Positions 49,739-63,071 are shown, counted from the first letter of the whole stretch. The stretch is 63,071 nt of DNA, filler included, from Reticulomyxa filosa (GCA_000512085.1; 19 parts of 19 records of this genome joined end to end with filler, not necessarily neighbours in it); one strand, 5' to 3'. Made by a program: numbers and translations. The notes: a model not told the origin generated them from the sequence alone.

Positions 49739-50929
49739 ATGTTAATTTTTTTCGTTTGGTCTTTCTTTTTCGCCAAGTGCAATGCAGCTTCTTGTGGTTG
49801 TGTGTTGGTGGCAGGTACTAATTTTTTTGCTTTCTTTTTTTCCTTTCTCGCCAATAGTGATCTTTTTTTTTTACGGTGATGGATACGAAAAGCTGGAACT
49901 ACAATCTATGGAATTGATTTTCCAACTGGAGAGCAACATACTTTACGCTCTATAAGCGTTGCTGTGGCTGATATGACTCAAGACCCAACGACTCAGAAGG
50001 CGTGGTTACTCGACTCAGGCTCAAAGTTGAGTGTAATGAATATATGTGAATCTGAGTTGCTAAGCTCAATTGGTACAGTTGGCATCTCTTCCTATGCACT
50101 TGCTTACGATTATGCAAGAGATTGGCTGTTTCTTTTCAGTGGTAATACCCCGAACGGTAAACTTTACAATGGTATGTATAAATCTTGGTTTTGTTATAAA
50201 CGAGAAGCAAAGAAAAAAATATATGTATACATTATACATATGTACATATTTCTTCAAAAGTAAGTCTTCCAAGACTTGCAGTCACACAGCTCGAGACAGT
50301 GGCATATGCTAAGCCCAGAGCAGCAGTTTATAGTAATGGTACACTGTTTTATTCAAGCAATAATTATGTTGCCACACATACGTATGGTACTTCGTCGTCG
50401 TCCGTTTTGACCACTAATGGAAATAACTACAATGGAATGGATGTTTTAAGGTTTGCTTGTTTTTAAAACATGCGAATATGCACCAAAAAAAAACAACTCT
50501 TCTGTGCAAATACAGATGCAATAACACAGCTGACCCAACGAAATTAGTGATGATGACCAGAACCAATAGTATCGATGTACTTGATATAAACACAAAAGAG
50601 ATTACCACATATACGGTTTCTGTTTCTACAATCGAAACTGTTGGGGGTCTTGTCACACTTGGCGTTCCTTGCTGTAATATTTGTCAAGATCCATCCAACC
50701 TGCTTTATCAATGTTTGGTTTAGTTGTTGTTGTTGCTTTTTTTATAGTTTGAATATTTAAATGCACATCTACTATGAATTGATAGAGAAATATCAAACTG
50801 GATCAACCCAAAAAAAAAATGCGCAGGTCCTACTTCATATCCAACGAAATCACCCACAAAGAGACCAACCAAAATCTCTTCGGCACCACCCTCGAAACAA
50901 CCATCGAAACAACCATCGAAACAACCATC
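49739..50929 (+). CDS. Secreted or surface protein with a PT/PS mucin-like stalk, 3' partial
   Basis: Signal peptide MLIFFVWSFFFAKCNA and several GT-AG introns. The last visible exon reads PTSYPTKSPTKRPT...PSKQPSKQPSKQ (12-nt repeats) to the contig end. Confidence 0.55.
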
Positions 50930-52199
50930 NNNNNNNNNNNNNNNNNNNNNNNNNNNNNNNNNNNNNNNNNNNNTTAATTAATTAANNNNNNNNNNNNNNN
51001 NNNNNNNNNNNNNNNNNNNNNNNNNNNNNCAAGTACAACAAATCCAAAAACTCCAAAGAGATATTGACTCTCTAGCGAAGATTGTAATCAAGGAACATAA
51101 GATAGTACATAATGAAGATAGCACTGAAAAAAAATCCAATGTTATTTCCGCATCATGGCAGTGGCAACGGATATTATGGACATTTTCAAGGCAGTCATTT
51201 TCAAACCTTGACAAACAATTTACTTGGAATGTCACCAAAGGATGGAAATAATTAAATTATATTTTTATATTTTTTTTATTTAACGTTTCGTTTTGCTTGA
51301 ACAATTCTGATTATTTTTTTACAACAGCTATATTTCGAGGATTTGCAAATACCAGTGCCAATGCCATCAATGCAAATAGAGATTATTTGAAAAAGGAAAA
51401 GAATTTTTTTTTTGTTCTTACCACAGCGAAAATAAATAATAAAAAAAAGTGGAAAAAAAAGTCTTCCATATAATCATTACGTATTGACATCACAATGTCT
51501 TGATTAATAATTTGTTGCGTATATTTTCTTTGTTCGAATACAGCTTTTTTAGGGCAAATATATCATATCAAATGTCAATTGAATATCTTTAAACCAAGAG
51601 CGATCTACCAAAAAATTCCCATTTCAATTTTTGTAACATTTTGATTTGGATCATTTTCAATTTGTTCCATTTTTGCAATTGCTCAATGGGATATAATGAT
51701 TGACTTGGTTTGTCATTTGGATTTGGCAGTTCAATCAGCCCAATCACATCTCTTGCTTTGATAAATACTACTCTGTAAATAAGTCAAACGAATGATAGAA
51801 GAAACACTTGTTGGCAATTGTTGCAATTCCAATTGTTTGGAAAGCAGTATTGCACCAAGTTCTTTCACAAATGCGTGAAAAGGCAATATACTTGATTTCA
51901 ATACATGTGCTTGCTGAATATTAGTGCTGTAATGTTTACTCACGTAATTAAGCATGATTTGAGCAAATGAGGTGCATTCACCTTCAGGAAGATACATTTC
52001 ATCTTTTTTTCAATATTCGGTGCATTTTTCCGCAAAGATTGAACCGATGTGGAAACATGAATTGAATAGCAATCGAAGGACATGTTTGCAAGTATTGTTN
52101 NNNNNNNNNNNNNNNNNNNNNNNNNNNNNNNNNNNNNNNNNNNTTAATTAATTAANNNNNNNNNNNNNNNNNNNNNNNNNNNNNNNNNNNNNNNNNNNN

Positions 52200-52232
<33 letters not shown>

Positions 52233-53409
52233 GACAATAAAAACAAACAAACAACAAAAAAAGACGGCAACACCAGTGGCGAAGGCATTAGAGTACAGCA
52301 ATGCTCGCACACAACCGGTATCATATTTGGAGAATCCAACGGAAGTGAGCCAGAGTGGGACGTGGCAAGACCACCCAGTCGATTCCAGTCTCAGGGATGC
52401 TGGGAAAACTGAGTTGGGCGTTGCGGGTCATGTGGAAATGCCCGGAGTGTCTCCATCTCCAAGAATGCAATAATGATCAAATATAGCACTTACTCGTCGA
52501 AGGTTATATACATATATATGTATTTTTAGCGAGTTTACGAATGATTAAAATCGTACTTGGAACATAAATAAATAAAGCCAAGCAGGAAGATACCAACAAG
52601 AAAAAGAAGAAAATATGAAAAGAAAAATTAAAACGCGTCCACTGCTACGAGAAAAAAACTTTTTAGCGGATGCTTTCGTGTGTGGATACGAAAGATTTCT
52701 GGTTTTTCTTCTTTTTTTTTGTGTTATGACTTGATTTCACTTGCTATCTTTATGTTTTATTCCTTTGGCATGGTTGTTCGTCTCTTCTAAGTATTTTATT
52801 CTTTTTATTTTTTTTGCACTATCTCGTTGTCTGCACATTTTGCAATTTTAAAACTACTTTTGATATTTTTTATTTTCGCGTAGGAGTGATAATTCATTTT
52901 GAACCAATCTGTCATATCCATTTCTGCAAACACATTTTTCACACATGTCGTGCAATATAATTATTCGAAATTGATATTTTGAATTTTTGCAAAAAATTTA
53001 AAATCTTTCATTTTACATTTTTTTTTTTTTATTATTTTCAAAAAATGTAAATATTGGATCATGAGCAAATATTGAAAGTAAATGAATTTGTTTGAATAAT
53101 CTTTATGTTGAAATGTGATGAATAATGTCAAAAGTAGTTCAAAATTGAAAAATTTGCAATAAACAAAAAATATTTATGTTATGTCATAATATCAAAAGTT
53201 TTTTTTTGAACTATGAAAAATCTTCTTGACAAAATTGAAACGTAAAAAAAATAAACATTTGAATGTCTTTGAAAGTAATAAGATGTAAAATATTTTTATT
53301 ATTTTATGTNNNNNNNNNNNNNNNNNNNNNNNNNNNNNNNNNNNNNNNNNNNNTTAATTAATTAANNNNNNNNNNNNNNNNNNNNNNNNNNNNNNNNNNN
53401 NNNNNNNNN

Positions 53410-53815
53410 TGTTCAACTGATGAAATAATAAAATTATGTGATTGTAAATACTATGAATATGAATGTTGACTGATAATTCAGATCGCATAAAAAGTGTTCA
53501 ATTTTCGCCAGATAGTCAAATGATTGTATCAACATCTGTGAATACAATCAGTTTTTGTTTCATCTTCATTAGATAACATAATTCGAATATGAGATATCGA
53601 ATTAAGAAAAGAATTGAAACAATTAGAAGGACATTCAGGTGTTGTTAATAATGTGAAATATTTTCCAGATGGTTAAACTATTTTGCTCAAGTGATAAAAC
53701 TATTCTTCTGTGATATAAAACCAGGTAATCAAAAACAAAAAATAGATATTTTATCAGATTGAAGTCAATTTGTGTCAGATTCTTCTAACAGCAGGATTCA
53801 AATTTGGGGATGTGA
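53410..53815 (+). pseudogene. WD40-repeat protein remnant
   Basis: IKSVQFSPDSQMIVS, IRI*DIE..KELKQLEGHSGVVNNVKYFPDG*, SDKTILL*D, with in-frame stops. Confidence 0.8.
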
Positions 53816-55311
53816 CTAAAGCTATTTTTTAAGTTTTTATGCAAGATAACAATGAAAGTATTATTTGTTGTTTCACTTAGGCGATTGATTAATTATCATT
53901 TTTATTTGTCTTTTCTTAAACATATATTTTTTGCTTTTTTATATCACCAGTGAAAGGACATACATTTTTGATCATTTTCTCTGCCAAAATGCATTTCGGT
54001 AAAAAACGTCCATTTTTTTTTAACGCACGCAAACACAAGGTAACATCTGTGACTCTAGACATACTGAAGAAGGTGATATAAATGTAAGCGCACAAAAAGA
54101 ATTCAAGAAGATGATAAAAGGAGAAAAGAGAAATACATAATTTGTACATTTGCGTGTCTCTTTTTTTCTTCCTAAAAAAACTATTTAAATTCATATGCAT
54201 GATGATAAATATTTTTTTGGAGAAACGACAATGCCATCAAAGTTTAAATAAAATTACATTTTCTCTTCAGCGCCTTTTTTTTTGAACTAACATATTTTGA
54301 AAACTGAACATATAATTTAATTAGACTAAAGATGTAATGCAACGAACATGTTAAAGTGTAGGAGGTATGCAAAGTGAATCAGAATAAGTAAAATGCAAAA
54401 CAGAAATGAAGGCGTTGATAAAATTATATGATGACGTAACGAAAGAAGAAATATTTATCAAAACAATTGCTTCAATTAGTTTGCAAAAAAATATTTTTGA
54501 ATAATTTAATAGTATATTCCAGTGACTAAATTGTTTTGTATAAAGTGGTTAAACTTTTATTCTGACTTGATTTGATTGAACTATCATTTTTTAATTTATT
54601 TTCATCATTTGTTTTATCTAATTTTGATAAAAAGGCCCAATTTATGTTCGGGATGAAAATATGTGAATAAAGCTTTTTGATTTATCTTTTTTTTTCCTTC
54701 ATTAAGAATATCGTTTTGTTTTTTTTTGACGAAATAGATAATACATTTTGCTGTGGCAATTAAATAAAATATGCTACAAACAAAAAAAACTACCCTGAAA
54801 CAAAAGTTACACTGACACTGCGGCAATTGACAAGGATCACTTACATAATTTTCATTTAGCAGTAACAATTCTTTAATATCGTATTGCATAAATTCTATCA
54901 AAGTATTTTTACAGTTAATTGATAATTATTAAATGTATATTACAAGAAATCAATAATACTGACACTTCCATCAACTTCCAAAGTAATACAATAATTTCAA
55001 AGCAATTAATTGACATGACGTTTTACTAACATACAAAAAAAAATCCCCTAAAATGAATTGACGCAAAAAATTACAATAAAATTTATTTAAAAAAACTTTT
55101 CAAACTTTTGCTTAAATGAAATATATACATTATTGTGAGTTCAAAAATATTTTTTATTTTTAATAAAAGTGAATACAATTAGAAAAAAATACTTTTTTTA
55201 AAAAAAAAAAANNNNNNNNNNNNNNNNNNNNNNNNNNNNNNNNNNNNNNNNNNNNTTAATTAATTAANNNNNNNNNNNNNNNNNNNNNNNNNNNNNNNNN
55301 NNNNNNNNNNN

Positions 55312-57077
55312 ACAACAACAACAACAACTACGAATACAAACACGACTACAAGTACATGTATAAATAATAGCTCAAATGCAAATACAAATACAAGTACCAA
55401 TAATTGTATGTATTCGAACACAAATACACTTGGGAACTCAAATGGATCAAAGTATTTCAAACGCAATCCCAATCGTCACAACAATCGTCATGCGGCAATC
55501 CATCACAGCAACAGCTCGCAATACCTGAGCAGCTACCAAAACGCTGAGACGTTGTCGACGACAGAAGCGTCCGTTTCACGACAAAGAGCGGAAGAGCCTT
55601 CGCAGTCTTTTCGTGGTGTGCCTTCGATGATGGCTAGTCACAGCTATTCTTATTCTTCGTCCTTCACCCATCCCGTTGTCCAGTCGTCATCTCAAACCAA
55701 TCCAAAGCAACAACACATGTCCATATCTTCACAGCAACAATCCCATCAACCATCCCAAAGCCATGATTTTGGTGTTCAAAACATCACTTTCATCTCCAAG
55801 ACCAATACTAATGCCAATACCAATACCAATACCAACTTCGATGCCAATACTGACACTGCCACTAGTTCACATAAGCAACATCGAAATGCACAGATACCCA
55901 ATGGCCGATTACACTTTCCATCCATCGAATTAGGAAACAAGTACGAATACTTGAGATACATTGGCCATGGCAGGTTCGCGTGACCCTTTCATTTCAAACA
56001 AAATTAGGATCTTTTTTCTTTCCCCCTTTTTTTTTTTTTTTTTATATACGTTTTTGTTGTTGTTGCCACTGAAACAGCTACGGACACGTTTGCCAAGCTT
56101 ATCGTATGAGTGACAGCGCAAAAGTGGCGATAAAAAAAGTTCCATACGTATTTCGGAATGTACTGGACGCAAAGCGATTGCTGCGAGAACTAAGAATTTC
56201 ACGTGTATTAAGAAATTCGGAGAACATTGTTGGACTGTTGGATGTTTTGGTCCCTGAAAATCTCAACGATTTCAATTCCTTGTTTTGCATTCTTTTTTTT
56301 TTTTTTTCTCTCCTATTAAACATCAAGTACAGTTGACAACTCATTTCAACCAATAGATACATCGTGTTTGAAAGTATGGATACCGACTTGGCGTGGCTAC
56401 TCAAATCGAAGCAGTTTTTTCAGTTGCAATAATGTTGCTTCGTCGTTTCCATTCATTGAATAATACTTATATAAATATATATTTATTTATTTATATTGAT
56501 GTGTGTATATATGTATACATATTTTTTTTTTTTTATTAATTGCAAACACAAAATATTTGGAAAGGGCTATTGGTGGTTGTGTTGTTGAATGTGGTGGAAC
56601 AGAGAATTGCACATTCAATACATCACTTATCATATACTCCTTGGCTTAAAGGCCATGCATTCCTTAAACATTGTGCACAGAGATTTAAAGCCGGCCAATA
56701 TTCTCGTCAATGAAAATGTGTCATGTAAAGTTAAATGAAGTTTTTTTTTTTTAGGTTATCCTTCATCTTAAAAAAAAAAAAAAAAAACATAGTCAAACAA
56801 AGTACAACTTTTTCTCCCTTTCAATCATTTTTTTTTTTGAAAAGAAAATAATAATAAAAAAAAAGATATGTGATTTTGGCTTGGCTCGAAGTATAACGGA
56901 AAACGACGATATACCTCGGCCAAAGTCACGTGATATGTTATTTATCACCTCATCTCATGTGAAGAATCCCAAAACTATTCAAAAATCGAATTTTCCAGAT
57001 TCCTTGTTTCGTCTATTTTTGTTTTGGCCATTATTTTTTTTTTTTTTTTTTTTTTTTTCCCCCTTTTTTTTTTTTTT
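55312..57077 (+). CDS. Mitogen-activated protein kinase (CMGC), partial at both ends; exons <55312-55973, 56078-56281, 56357-56422, ~56603-56729, 56866->
   Basis: [29 protein letters not shown] (MAPK signature), [34 protein letters not shown]. Long Thr/Asn/Ser/Gln-rich N-terminus. Confidence 0.92.
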
Positions 57078-57177
57078 NNNNNNNNNNNNNNNNNNNNNNN
57101 NNNNNNNNNNNNNNNNNNNNNTTAATTAATTAANNNNNNNNNNNNNNNNNNNNNNNNNNNNNNNNNNNNNNNNNNNN

Positions 57178-57527
57178 AAAAAAAAAATAATAATAAAAAT
57201 AAAAAAGGAAAGTTTTTGTGAGTTTTATTTTTATTGCAAGCAGTACCAATGATATCTTTCTCCCGATTAACCTCGGGCCAATGTTTGATAATGAGTTGTT
57301 GGAATTGGACAAACTCGATAAAGCCTTTGAGTGTGTGGTTATTGAACGCTGGCTTAAAGACATGTTTGTATTTTTGCGCCAGTATGCCAGCAAAGAGTAT
57401 TGCATAAATGTATGTGTGCACACACATTCAACACCAAACTGAAAAGACACTCTGTCGCAAACTGTCTTGACATAAACTCTAAAGTATCCAACACAACACA
57501 CATACACGTATACATACATATATACAC

Positions 57528-57558
<31 letters not shown>

Positions 57559-58906
57559 TATATGCAACATCGGCAGTGTATTAAGAAATGCATCGCGCAA
57601 TGATAATGTACACTTGCATGTGCGTATACGTGTGTGTATGTGTGTATGTGTATATATGTGTGCTTTAACAAAATGAATAGTGGATAAAAGTGTAAGACCC
57701 ATGAAAAGATCAAATCCATTGGCTCTGCGCAGAATGTCCAACAACTGGTGTTCGGACGAAGACATGAGTTTGCTGGGCGAAACGTCGGGCGGGGTCCCGC
57801 TCTTCTCGCGACTATTATTAATGCTATTATGTTGCGAATTCGTCTTTGCATTCGCGCTGCCATCTTTGTGTTCCTTGGCTTTCTTTTTCTGCATTTTCGA
57901 TTGTATCTTGTCGGCCATGGTCTGGTAATACACGCTGCTCTGTTCATCCATCACGCCGGTGTTGCCCAGCGAATGCACTATTTTTTTCGCACTTCCGTAG
58001 AATTGCACTTCAGGCTGGTTATCGGATTTCAGTTCCATCATCCCAATTCCCATTTCAATTCCAGGAAAGCCAAGCTCTTCCATGGTCGGTATTACATGAG
58101 TGTCTTCCGATACTTTCGGCGAGTTTTGTCCGTTGCTGTTTGCATGCAGATCTGTTGATCCGTGCATTTGTATCGTGGTGTTAAGAGAGTTGGCAATAAC
58201 CGCAGTTGCAGTTGCAGTTGCAGTTGTAGTTGCAGCTGTAGTTGCAATTGTAGCTGCATTTGTCGTAACAGTGGTATTGATATTGGTATTGGTATTGGTA
58301 TTTATATTTGTATTTGTATTTATATTTGTATTTATATTTATATTTGTATTTGTTGTCTCGTGCTTGTCATCGATCAACAATACCAACGGGGTTTGCAAAT
58401 GGCTTTGGTCTTTGCTCTTCTCCGTAATGGAGTGGTCCACAACAGCGCCGGTCATAGTGGAATGCATTCCCATTGACGGATTACTTTGTGTCGTCATCGT
58501 CATCGTCATCGTCACTTGGTCGTCGTCGTTGTCGTTCACGTGATGGATATGGGATGCAAAGTAAATGCTCATCTTTCTTTCTACGTATACCGAATGGACC
58601 AATATCACCACGGTCATATGGCCCGACAAGCACAAGTACATTAGGCACGCCAAAATGGGTAAATCGCGGTGTCTGTACGATCCCTTATCTCGCACCGCAC
58701 ACACGTACAGTGCACCGACAAACAACGAATACATCACACTATAGCTAGTCATCGTTTTCATTATGTACCGCAGCTCATTCCGCACAAACAGCATGTCCAG
58801 AAATCGTGGTGTTCGCACGTAGATCGTTACCAGAACCACAAATAATGGCGCAAAAAACGTTACCAAAAATATCGATATCACCGGCACGGCAGTTCCAGAA
58901 GCATAC
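57178..58906 (-). CDS. Membrane-anchored RGS protein (7TM-RGS-like), partial at both ends
   Basis: Three TM helices are visible (with RNELR between TMs), followed by a long low-complexity linker. The RGS start LLDILRRANGFDLFM / EFMSRQFATECLFSLV spans an intron. Confidence 0.65.
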
Positions 58907-60589
58907 CTATATACAAACATATACATACATATACATACATATATAATATATATATACATATATATACATACATATACATATATANNNNNNNNNNNNNNNN
59001 NNNNNNNNNNNNNNNNNNNNNNNNNNNNTTAATTAATTAANNNNNNNNNNNNNNNNNNNNNNNNNNNNNNNNNNNNNNNNNNNNAAGTGTCGGATGGGGG
59101 GATGTGGTTCAAGTTTTTTATTTTTTATATTTGTAATGTTTGCGTTTTGTAGCAAACAACAAAGATTTCACTGCTGCTTAACTGTAGAGCTGAAGTGGAG
59201 ATTGATGTCGTGCGGCCCTGACTTTTTCAAAAAGATAATCGACGACTTGTCCTTTGAAATATCATATCGTTAATTCCAATCAAATGTTATGAAAGATCGT
59301 AATGAAAAGCATTGACAAACATGTCAGCATTTTCGTTATAACATTTTCTCCTTGGAATGCAATCATGGAAATGGAGAATCATGGCCATGGAACAAACTCA
59401 GAAAGAAAAATGCAGCATCAATGGCTGCTTCAAGATCTCAACCAATTCCAAGTCCAGCATGAGGTTATGGCTCCGGTCCGCAACATTTCACATGCCCTCA
59501 ACCTTCATCTTTCCCTTTGGTATTCATTTATATGTACAATAAACTAAATATAATGTAATGTATATTCTCTTTGATATATATACCCAATTGTTCAATTTCA
59601 GGAGAAAAAAAAAAACAAAAACTAGAAAGGACCATTCGGTGAACCAGTGGAAGAAATATCGAAACTGATGTCGGCATTGGAATCACGGCAACACCCAACA
59701 AGGAAAAAAAAAAATCGTGCAAAGATTGGGAAAAAGAGTGAAAAACAAAATTTCAAATGAAAATACACGATTCACGTAATGACAAAGTGTGGAATGGAAA
59801 CGGCAACGATGGTATGAAGATTTGCTGACGGTGCAATCCAAGATAGAGAAATTGAAAAACGAAAGAAACGGGTTGGAAGTAAGAAATAGGGGAATTAAAG
59901 GGACAGTTGCAAGCAGAGTTGGAAAACGCAAAGCTAGTCAGTGGAGGAAAAAAGGGAGCAATCGAGCAACTGCGTGTAAAGAATGAGTCATTTTATGTGG
60001 AATTGAATCAACAGTTCACAAATGAATGCAATGTCTGAAGCTGTGCCACACGAACCAGGGCCAGAACCAGATATTGAGGAGAAGCAGAAGCCGATGTTAA
60101 TACTGATGCAGATGCTAATGCAGAGGCAAATACAGATGACGAAATACAACAAGCCATAAAATTGATAAAAGAAGAATCCCAAGTCCAAGCTCAAGCTCAA
60201 GCTCAAGCTCAAGCTCAGACTTAAGTGAAAAGTCCAAATGAATTATACAAGTCTCAATCGCAACAACCTCCTGTGGACAATGCCGTCAATGACTCTAACA
60301 GACTGAGCAAAAAGAGCAAAAAAGAAGAAATAGAGCAGAAAGACGAAAAAGAAGAGAGTTGCGGACACAGTCAGAGATACAGCCACAAGCACAAACACAA
60401 GAACAAGTGCCATCAGGCTTACAGGGACTCAAAGCGACAAAGACAAAGTTTTTGGAAGAGCTAAAAAGCAAGGTGCCTCAAGTGGAAAAATCAAAAGAAG
60501 CGATAGTGGAAGAGAAAAAGGAGGCTCGAACGCCTATTTTATTGCAATACCAAAAAAGATAAAAGAGGAGATGGAAAAGCAAAAAGGTA

Positions 60590-60901
60590 TTGACATTGTC
60601 GGATCAAACAGCAAAACAATCGCCTCGCAAACGATTGAAAGCAGAAGAGAAATATGCATCCAGAGCCCCTCCATTTGACCAAGAGAAACAAAAAGAAAGT
60701 ACGGAAAAGGTAGTGCCGATCCAAAGACCTCGACCGTTGTTGAGCGAAAAGGTGACGGTGGGCGCAAAGAATATGGTGCGATTAGTGAAAGACCGCATGG
60801 ATATATCAAAGACGGAGCGAAGATGGAATTTGGAGTGCGTCAGTGGATTCGCCACAGCCGTGTGCAACTACGGAGTGTGCGGTGGACGATGGTACTACGA
60901 G
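60590..60901 (+). pseudogene. SPRY-domain start (Ash2/RanBP-like), in a disrupted charged low-complexity gene
   Basis: GFATAVCNYGVCGGRWYYE resembles the SPRY motif GVxxGxWYYE. The similarity stops abruptly, and upstream frames (59780-60560) are broken. Confidence 0.4.
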
Positions 60902-61699
60902 TCCAGCCGTAGAAAGTCTGACGCCTGCTGCGGAAGACAATTCAAATCATTCTATTGCATCTCAACGTCATTACACGGTAATGACTAATACCCGTAATTA
61001 AAAGGTATAAACAAAGAAAAAACATGTTCGGCTGTTTGGTTATGCCGATCGTACAACTAAAAACTAATCAATTGTGTCAATTTCTTAAAATGTTTCAAGA
61101 AAATGTGATACAATAGCACTTTTTTTTNNNNNNNNNNNNNNNNNNNNNNNNNNNNNNNNNNNNNNNNNNNNTTAATTAATTAANNNNNNNNNNNNNNNNN
61201 NNNNNNNNNNNNNNNNNNNNNNNNNNNCTTCCCTCCATTGTCCTGGTTTTGTGCTCGAATAAGATATTTGTATAAAGGTACAGACGCATTTACATCATTG
61301 CAACTCCGAATAAATTTATTTCTTGTTGTTATTTTAAATTGTATGTATGATATGGATTGATTTGTAAATTTGCCACGAAGTGATTCAATATTGAGATGTA
61401 ATTGCGATGTGTATCAAGAGAAAGCCAAGTTGGATAATCACATGGTTACGCTGCATTCTGTTGAAAGACATTAATTAACACTGTCTTCTTTACCTTCGAT
61501 GTGGCTGGCGATGTAATTGACTTGTTGTCTTACTGTTCAAATATACAGTCAAACAATAGCACATTAATGATAGACAGCTATTAGGGGGGGGGAGGGTAGT
61601 AAAGTTGAAAAAAGATGAAGACATCACTCAGGTGAAATGCTTATCCCATCATTCACTTGAACTGGCATATAAACATGCTTGGTCTTTCCGTACATGCGA

Positions 61700-63071
61700 A
61701 CAATAACAGCGATCACCTCAATTGTGTCATATGCGATTTTGTGAGTTGCGTTGTCATTGCACATGACCCACTATTGGTTCGAATGAATCAGCCGAGCGCA
61801 TCCCATTGTATTAAATAAAAAATAGACTACCACTGCCATCATCATTCCAGACTTATTTGCAATAGATTAAAAAAAAAAAAAAGTGTGTCCAGGACATCTC
61901 TTTTTTTGATAACGACATTGACTTTGTATCATCGTGTGGAGGATTATTTGTTTGGAATGGAATTAATTTGTTTCAAATATATGATAAAGATTGCCCCATT
62001 TAAATCTGGTACGGCGCATTGGAGGCAACGTTCAAATGTGTAAACACATCTCAGAGACTGCGACAATTCAAATACTGGATTACAAATATCGATGGATGCA
62101 TTTGTTTAATGGATGACCTTCGAGAATAGGCAAAGCCAAACTTTTGCACAATGTTGATAGCTTATACTCTCAATGCGTTTGTACGTGATAGAACTGTAAT
62201 TTGCATAAGCGTTGCTATCGGTAAAAAAGTGGAGCGGGAATGGGATATTGTTGATTGCACTACAGTCATCAAAGCTCGTGAGTCATCCATTTCTTTCCGA
62301 CAATCCATTTGAAATACCTTCAGTACCTCGAATCGAATAAATACCAATGTTTTTACAAGAAGGATCCGCATTGAAACGGGAGATTGCTGTGATCAAATTT
62401 TTCGATACGAGAAAATTTGCAGCAAATCCAACACTTTACTCACTATCATATTCAAGTCTTCTTGCCACATGACATTTGCTTGGCTGTTTGGTATCTGGAC
62501 ATTGCATCGTTTCGTGTCTGCAACCAAATAATTGGTAGCTTCCATCCGAGTAATGCACTGATCAAATTTCCACATCTTTTGATACATTTCACTACATTTG
62601 TTCCATTTGATGTAAATACTGACAAAGAACAACACACACACACACACACTCGCAGTTGAGAGGGAAAAAAAATAACTCTTGATGGACAAGGAATTTGCGC
62701 ATCTACGCATTGGTTATAAAAATCTTCATCGCCCTTTTCGCTTGATAGTTTGTCACTATCTTCCGGCACAATTTATCTGCAATAGCTATGCTTCACAACG
62801 TTACGGATATTCGCATTATAATTATTGTTGCAAAACTCAGTAACGTATATTAGCGATACGTCCAGATACGTACACAATTCAATTCGCAATTGCGCTATCT
62901 TTGATACTCTTGCTGTAGCCTAGGATCTTTGTTGTCATCGAATTTAGCATTTAAAGGCAATTGTACGACATTGAGGGCAAATTCAACACTTTGTTTCACC
63001 ATGATATTCAAGTCCACTCGCCCCACACGACAGACATTGCGTCTTTCCATGTCTGCAAACAAATAATTGGC
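61700..63071 (-). pseudogene. Heavily decayed gene, possibly lipase class 3-like, with an internal duplication
   Basis: Fragments IGIYSIRGT (near 62320) and IVGH (near 61770). The NYLxAD..RxNV...DLNxxV segment occurs twice (near 62450-62535 and 63000-63071). Many stops. Confidence 0.25.

Noticed and set aside
57130-57700. Last third of the 609-aa ORF (HIYTHTHIH..., YICVYMYVY)
   Set aside because: Read-through of TA/TG microsatellite introns, not protein.
3074-61227. Eighteen identical N44-TTAATTAATTAA-N44 blocks that could look like a regularly repeated element or CRISPR repeat
   Set aside because: Artificial contig linkers with stops in all six frames; adjacency across them has no biological meaning.

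Overview
This is not one locus. It is 19 unrelated eukaryotic contigs joined by artificial 100-nt linkers (N44-TTAATTAATTAA-N44) starting at 3074, 5403, 12944, 14714, 15980, 20016, 22077, 24270, 25797, 28593, 34451, 50930, 52100, 53310, 55212, 57078, 58985 and 61128. The DNA is AT-rich with short GT-AG introns, long homopolymer runs and many decayed copies of WD40, Kelch and TPR families. The style resembles the foraminiferan Reticulomyxa filosa (inference). Recognisable genes: NAC beta (BTF3), 60S ribosomal protein L18a, a MAP kinase, two RGS-domain proteins (one with TM helices), a secreted GH36/GH27-like glycosidase, an O-fucosyltransferase-like gene and a TPR protein, plus Tc1/mariner and LINE remnants. 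The standout is a 7-exon minus-strand gene at 37856-41312 (2700 nt CDS, 899 aa by manual splicing). It joins in one polypeptide an SH3 domain, a Pro-rich SH3-ligand linker, a p22phox (CYBA)-like membrane domain and a complete NOX/gp91phox catalytic core, which looks like a self-contained single-chain NADPH oxidase. All gene models were spliced by eye; no database searches were run.
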